Shown here: positions 34,879 through 37,068 of the stretch, one piece after another
Layout: each line of letters starts with the position of its first letter
Position numbering within the stretch: position 1 is the stretch's first letter
Source: Blastocatellia bacterium
GTDB taxonomy: Bacteria; Acidobacteriota; Blastocatellia; RBC074
Direction of reading: 5' to 3'
NCBI GenBank assembly: GCA_036274535.1
Contig: DASUFM010001023.1
Span: forward strand, 1 to 37,068
Length of the DNA stretch: 37,068 nucleotides
Program-made: the position numbers and the translations under genes
The notes under the pieces: model-generated
Database searches by the model: none
Told to the model about the DNA's origin: nothing
Seen by the model: the letters and a program-made list of their open reading frames with translations, nothing else

Positions 34879-36228
34879 TCATTTGCGCCATATCTTGCTG
34901 AGCACATCCGGACTGTAAAGACGTTCAGCTTGCGCCAACGCGAATTCGGCCGCGTACTGCAAAAAGATATCGAGCGGCTCCTCAGCCAGGTTCAACATGC
35001 GCCGGTTTGCGACGACTGCGGGGCTGCCGAGTTGCTGGACGCCGCGCTCAATCGCGGCGTCCAGTTCCACCGAATTGACTACTTCGTCGAATAACAGGCT
35101 CGCATCAGGTTCATGCGCCTCAATCTTCCGCCCGGATAAGATTACTTGCCGGCTTTTGCGGCCTCCCAGGCTGCGAAGCAGGCGCAGGTTTGAAAAACCG
35201 GGAACGATGCCTTCCTGCGCCGCAGGCAGACTGAAATAGCTATCGACGGCGGCGATGACGTGATCGAACACAAGCAGCAACTGAGCTCCGCCTCCGATGG
35301 CGAAACTATCCACACACGCGATCCAGGGTTTTTCGAGCGTTCTCGCAGTCGCGCCCCAGTGATCGGGTCGCCCCGCCTCGTCGTCGAGCAGCAGGCCGCG
35401 AAAAATTTTGTTGATAAAGCCCAATTCCCGCCGCAGAAGGAAGTCGACGAATGAGATTTGTCCGGCATGCAACGCCTTCAAATTAATGCCTGCGCTGAAC
35501 ACGCGGCGGCCGGCATAGCGCGGATGGTTCATAACGCCGCCTCGCAGAACACCGACACTTACGCTATCGTCCAGCAACGCCAGATCCACGGCGGTTTCCA
35601 GGTCCTCTACCAATCGGTCATCTTCGGCGTTGAGACAGGAAGTATTGTTGATGGTCAGATACGCCGCATTACCACGTCGCTCAATTAAGACCGAATCGAA
35701 ATCCAATCGGGAACTGTTCCGAAATGATCCGAGCAATTCAACAGCGCGGACTGTAGGCCTCAGCGCTGACTCAACAATATGCCGTCCAATCTTTTGCGAA
35801 CGGAGCATGGCATGGAAAAACAAGGCCTGGTCAATCTCGTAACCTTCCTTCTCGCTCTGCGACAGCGCGCGTTCCTGGACAATCTGCGCCGGCGTGGGCG
35901 TCAGACCGGGACACTGTTCGGCGGCGCCGAAAACCAGTTCGCGCAGTGTTCTGCGTATTTTGAAGCCATGGGTCAAAGCGTCGTAAAGCCAATCAGCATG
36001 GAGCGCCATAAATCGCCGCCGTAATGCGCGGCAGGCGCCATGAATATCGGAAGCGAGGGCCGCCTGTTCCGGTGAACGGGACCGCTTTGGGCCCAGTAGT
36101 TCCAGGAATTTCGCGCCAGACGCGACGTAATCAGCCAGCGCGCGCGCATCTTCTTCGGGCGCAGCGCCAGGAGATGGGCCGGACCGGCGCCATGTATTCA
36201 ACGTGTTTTCGGAGATTGCAAGGGACAT
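34879..36228 (-). CDS. dpgC: DpgC-like crotonase-fold enzyme (candidate cofactor-independent 3,5-dihydroxyphenylacetyl-CoA 1,2-dioxygenase).
   Basis: 449 aa. A helical N-terminal extension of about 190 aa precedes the crotonase core: [78 protein letters not shown]. Size, architecture and flanking crotonases match the dpgB-C-D arrangement. Confidence 0.7.
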   Translation of the reverse strand: MSLAISENTLNTWRRSGPSPGAAPEEDARALADYVASGAKFLELLGPKRSRSPEQAALASDIHGACRALRRRFMALHADWLYDALTHGFKIRRTLRELVFGAAEQCPGLTPTPAQIVQERALSQSEKEGYEIDQALFFHAMLRSQKIGRHIVESALRPTVRAVELLGSFRNSSRLDFDSVLIERRGNAAYLTINNTSCLNAEDDRLVEDLETAVDLALLDDSVSVGVLRGGVMNHPRYAGRRVFSAGINLKALHAGQISFVDFLLRRELGFINKIFRGLLLDDEAGRPDHWGATARTLEKPWIACVDSFAIGGGAQLLLVFDHVIAAVDSYFSLPAAQEGIVPGFSNLRLLRSLGGRKSRQVILSGRKIEAHEPDASLLFDEVVNSVELDAAIERGVQQLGSPAVVANRRMLNLAEEPLDIFLQYAAEFALAQAERLYSPDVLSKIWRK

Positions 36229-36267
36229 AGAATATTCAGTGGCTGGGCCATCAAGGCTGGGTAGACG

Positions 36268-37005
36268 CTACACCGCAGACGCTACATCGCGCGCTTTTTC
36301 GAATTCACCTCCGGTAGAGCGGCGTAAGGCGCGATCGCAGGCCGCCAGGTGCGCGCCTAGAGCTTCCTCGAAACTGGTCGACAAGCTATCCTGCATGAGC
36401 CGGCGAGCGATCGCAAAGTCCTCCGGAGGCGCGTTCCGGAGCAGACGCGCGGTCCGCTCCGCTCCGTCCGTTCCGACATCGATGATCTCGTCGATGATGC
36501 GCAGTTCAATTCCTCGCTGCGCAGAAATTTCATCGGCATCCAGCGCTATTTTGCGAGCGCTGGACTCGCCAATTTGTCGCGCCAGTCGATATAGAGTCAT
36601 GCTGGGCCATACGGCCCCGCGGAAAATCGGAGACGGCGCAAAAAAATCCCCTCCGGCGAGACGGCGGTCGGTCACAACCAGAAGATCTAAAGCGACCGCC
36701 GAGCAGGCGTGTTCCACGAATAGAATGGTAGCCGAATTACTGCGCTCGATGCGGCGCAAAACATTCTCCCATTTGCGAACCGACTGAAAGTCAATCTGGC
36801 CTGGCCAAGGGCGAACAGCGGCAGGATCCGCCTGACCGGCCAGATGAATGAGCATGATCGCGCCTGGCCCCAGATCTTCGGCCTGATCGATAGCGCTTCC
36901 CAGTTGCGCAGTCAGCTCACTGCAGACAGGCTCATCACCATTAACTTCTATTTGTACGACCGGACGATTTTTAATAAGGACTGTTGACATGGTATAGCTC
37001 GTCAT
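36268..37005 (-). CDS. dpgB: Degenerate crotonase-fold protein, DpgB-like.
   Basis: 245 aa. It has the crotonase-like layout (VVQIEVNGDEP..., ILFVEHACSAVALDLLVVTDRRLA) but lacks a canonical oxyanion motif. It lies immediately upstream of the DpgC-like gene. Start uncertain (ATG at 37005 or 36990). Confidence 0.55.
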   Translation of the reverse strand: MTSYTMSTVLIKNRPVVQIEVNGDEPVCSELTAQLGSAIDQAEDLGPGAIMLIHLAGQADPAAVRPWPGQIDFQSVRKWENVLRRIERSNSATILFVEHACSAVALDLLVVTDRRLAGGDFFAPSPIFRGAVWPSMTLYRLARQIGESSARKIALDADEISAQRGIELRIIDEIIDVGTDGAERTARLLRNAPPEDFAIARRLMQDSLSTSFEEALGAHLAACDRALRRSTGGEFEKARDVASAV

Positions 37006-37068
37006 TTTTTGAAGTTGAAACAGGCGACGCTCAGGATTCAGATCGTTGAGCGCCTTTTAGATAGGATT

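Noticed and set aside
3763-37005. Classification as a vancomycin/teicoplanin-type glycopeptide cluster because of the Dpg and Gtf-like genes.
   Set aside because: There are only four A domains and lipoinitiation by FAAL. I could recognise no P450 (Oxy) genes, no X domain, no halogenase and no Hpg (HmaS/Hmo) genes. The architecture is incompatible with the heptapeptide glycopeptide scaffold.

Overview
Nearly the whole window is one co-directional, minus-strand secondary-metabolite gene cluster of about 33 kb (3763-37005). On the left it is flanked by a convergent TonB-dependent receptor gene (419-3535, +) and by the 5' end of a divergent beta-propeller sensor gene (1-222, -). The cluster encodes these NRPS proteins: FAAL-ACP-C-A-T (lipoinitiation), C-A-T-E, a free-standing C domain, and C-A(N-MT)-T-C-A-T. 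The last is written as two ORFs only because a single in-frame TAG (21789-21791) sits inside the embedded N-methyltransferase. Accessory genes are an MbtH-like protein, an SbnA/SbnB-type L-2,3-diaminopropionate cassette, a LarA-family (nickel-pincer) racemase homologue translationally coupled to sbnA, and a seven-blade Kelch-type putative lipoprotein. There is also a DpgA-like type III PKS with DpgB/C/D-like crotonases and an HpgT-like aminotransferase (3,5-dihydroxyphenylglycine supply), plus three glycosyltransferase-like genes. I found no thioesterase, reductase, P450, transporter, tRNA, rRNA, CRISPR array or mobile element. The inferred product is a short N-acylated, N-methylated, glycosylated peptide with a D-residue, a phenylglycine-type residue and a diamino-acid residue. 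I cannot match this gene combination to a characterised family from memory. The flanking gene types (CarboxypepD_reg-type TonB receptor, propeller sensor) suggest an Acidobacteriota-like host, but that is inference only. Secondary observations: mosaic A domains with cytosine-depleted codon patches, a perfect 12-nt x 8 in-frame tandem repeat in the FAAL-ACP linker, two G9 tracts in the Kelch gene, three long perfect palindromes in intergenic spacers, and a lower-GC tailoring block that splits the Dpg genes. All domain calls and specificity codes come from reading motifs by eye and need computational confirmation.
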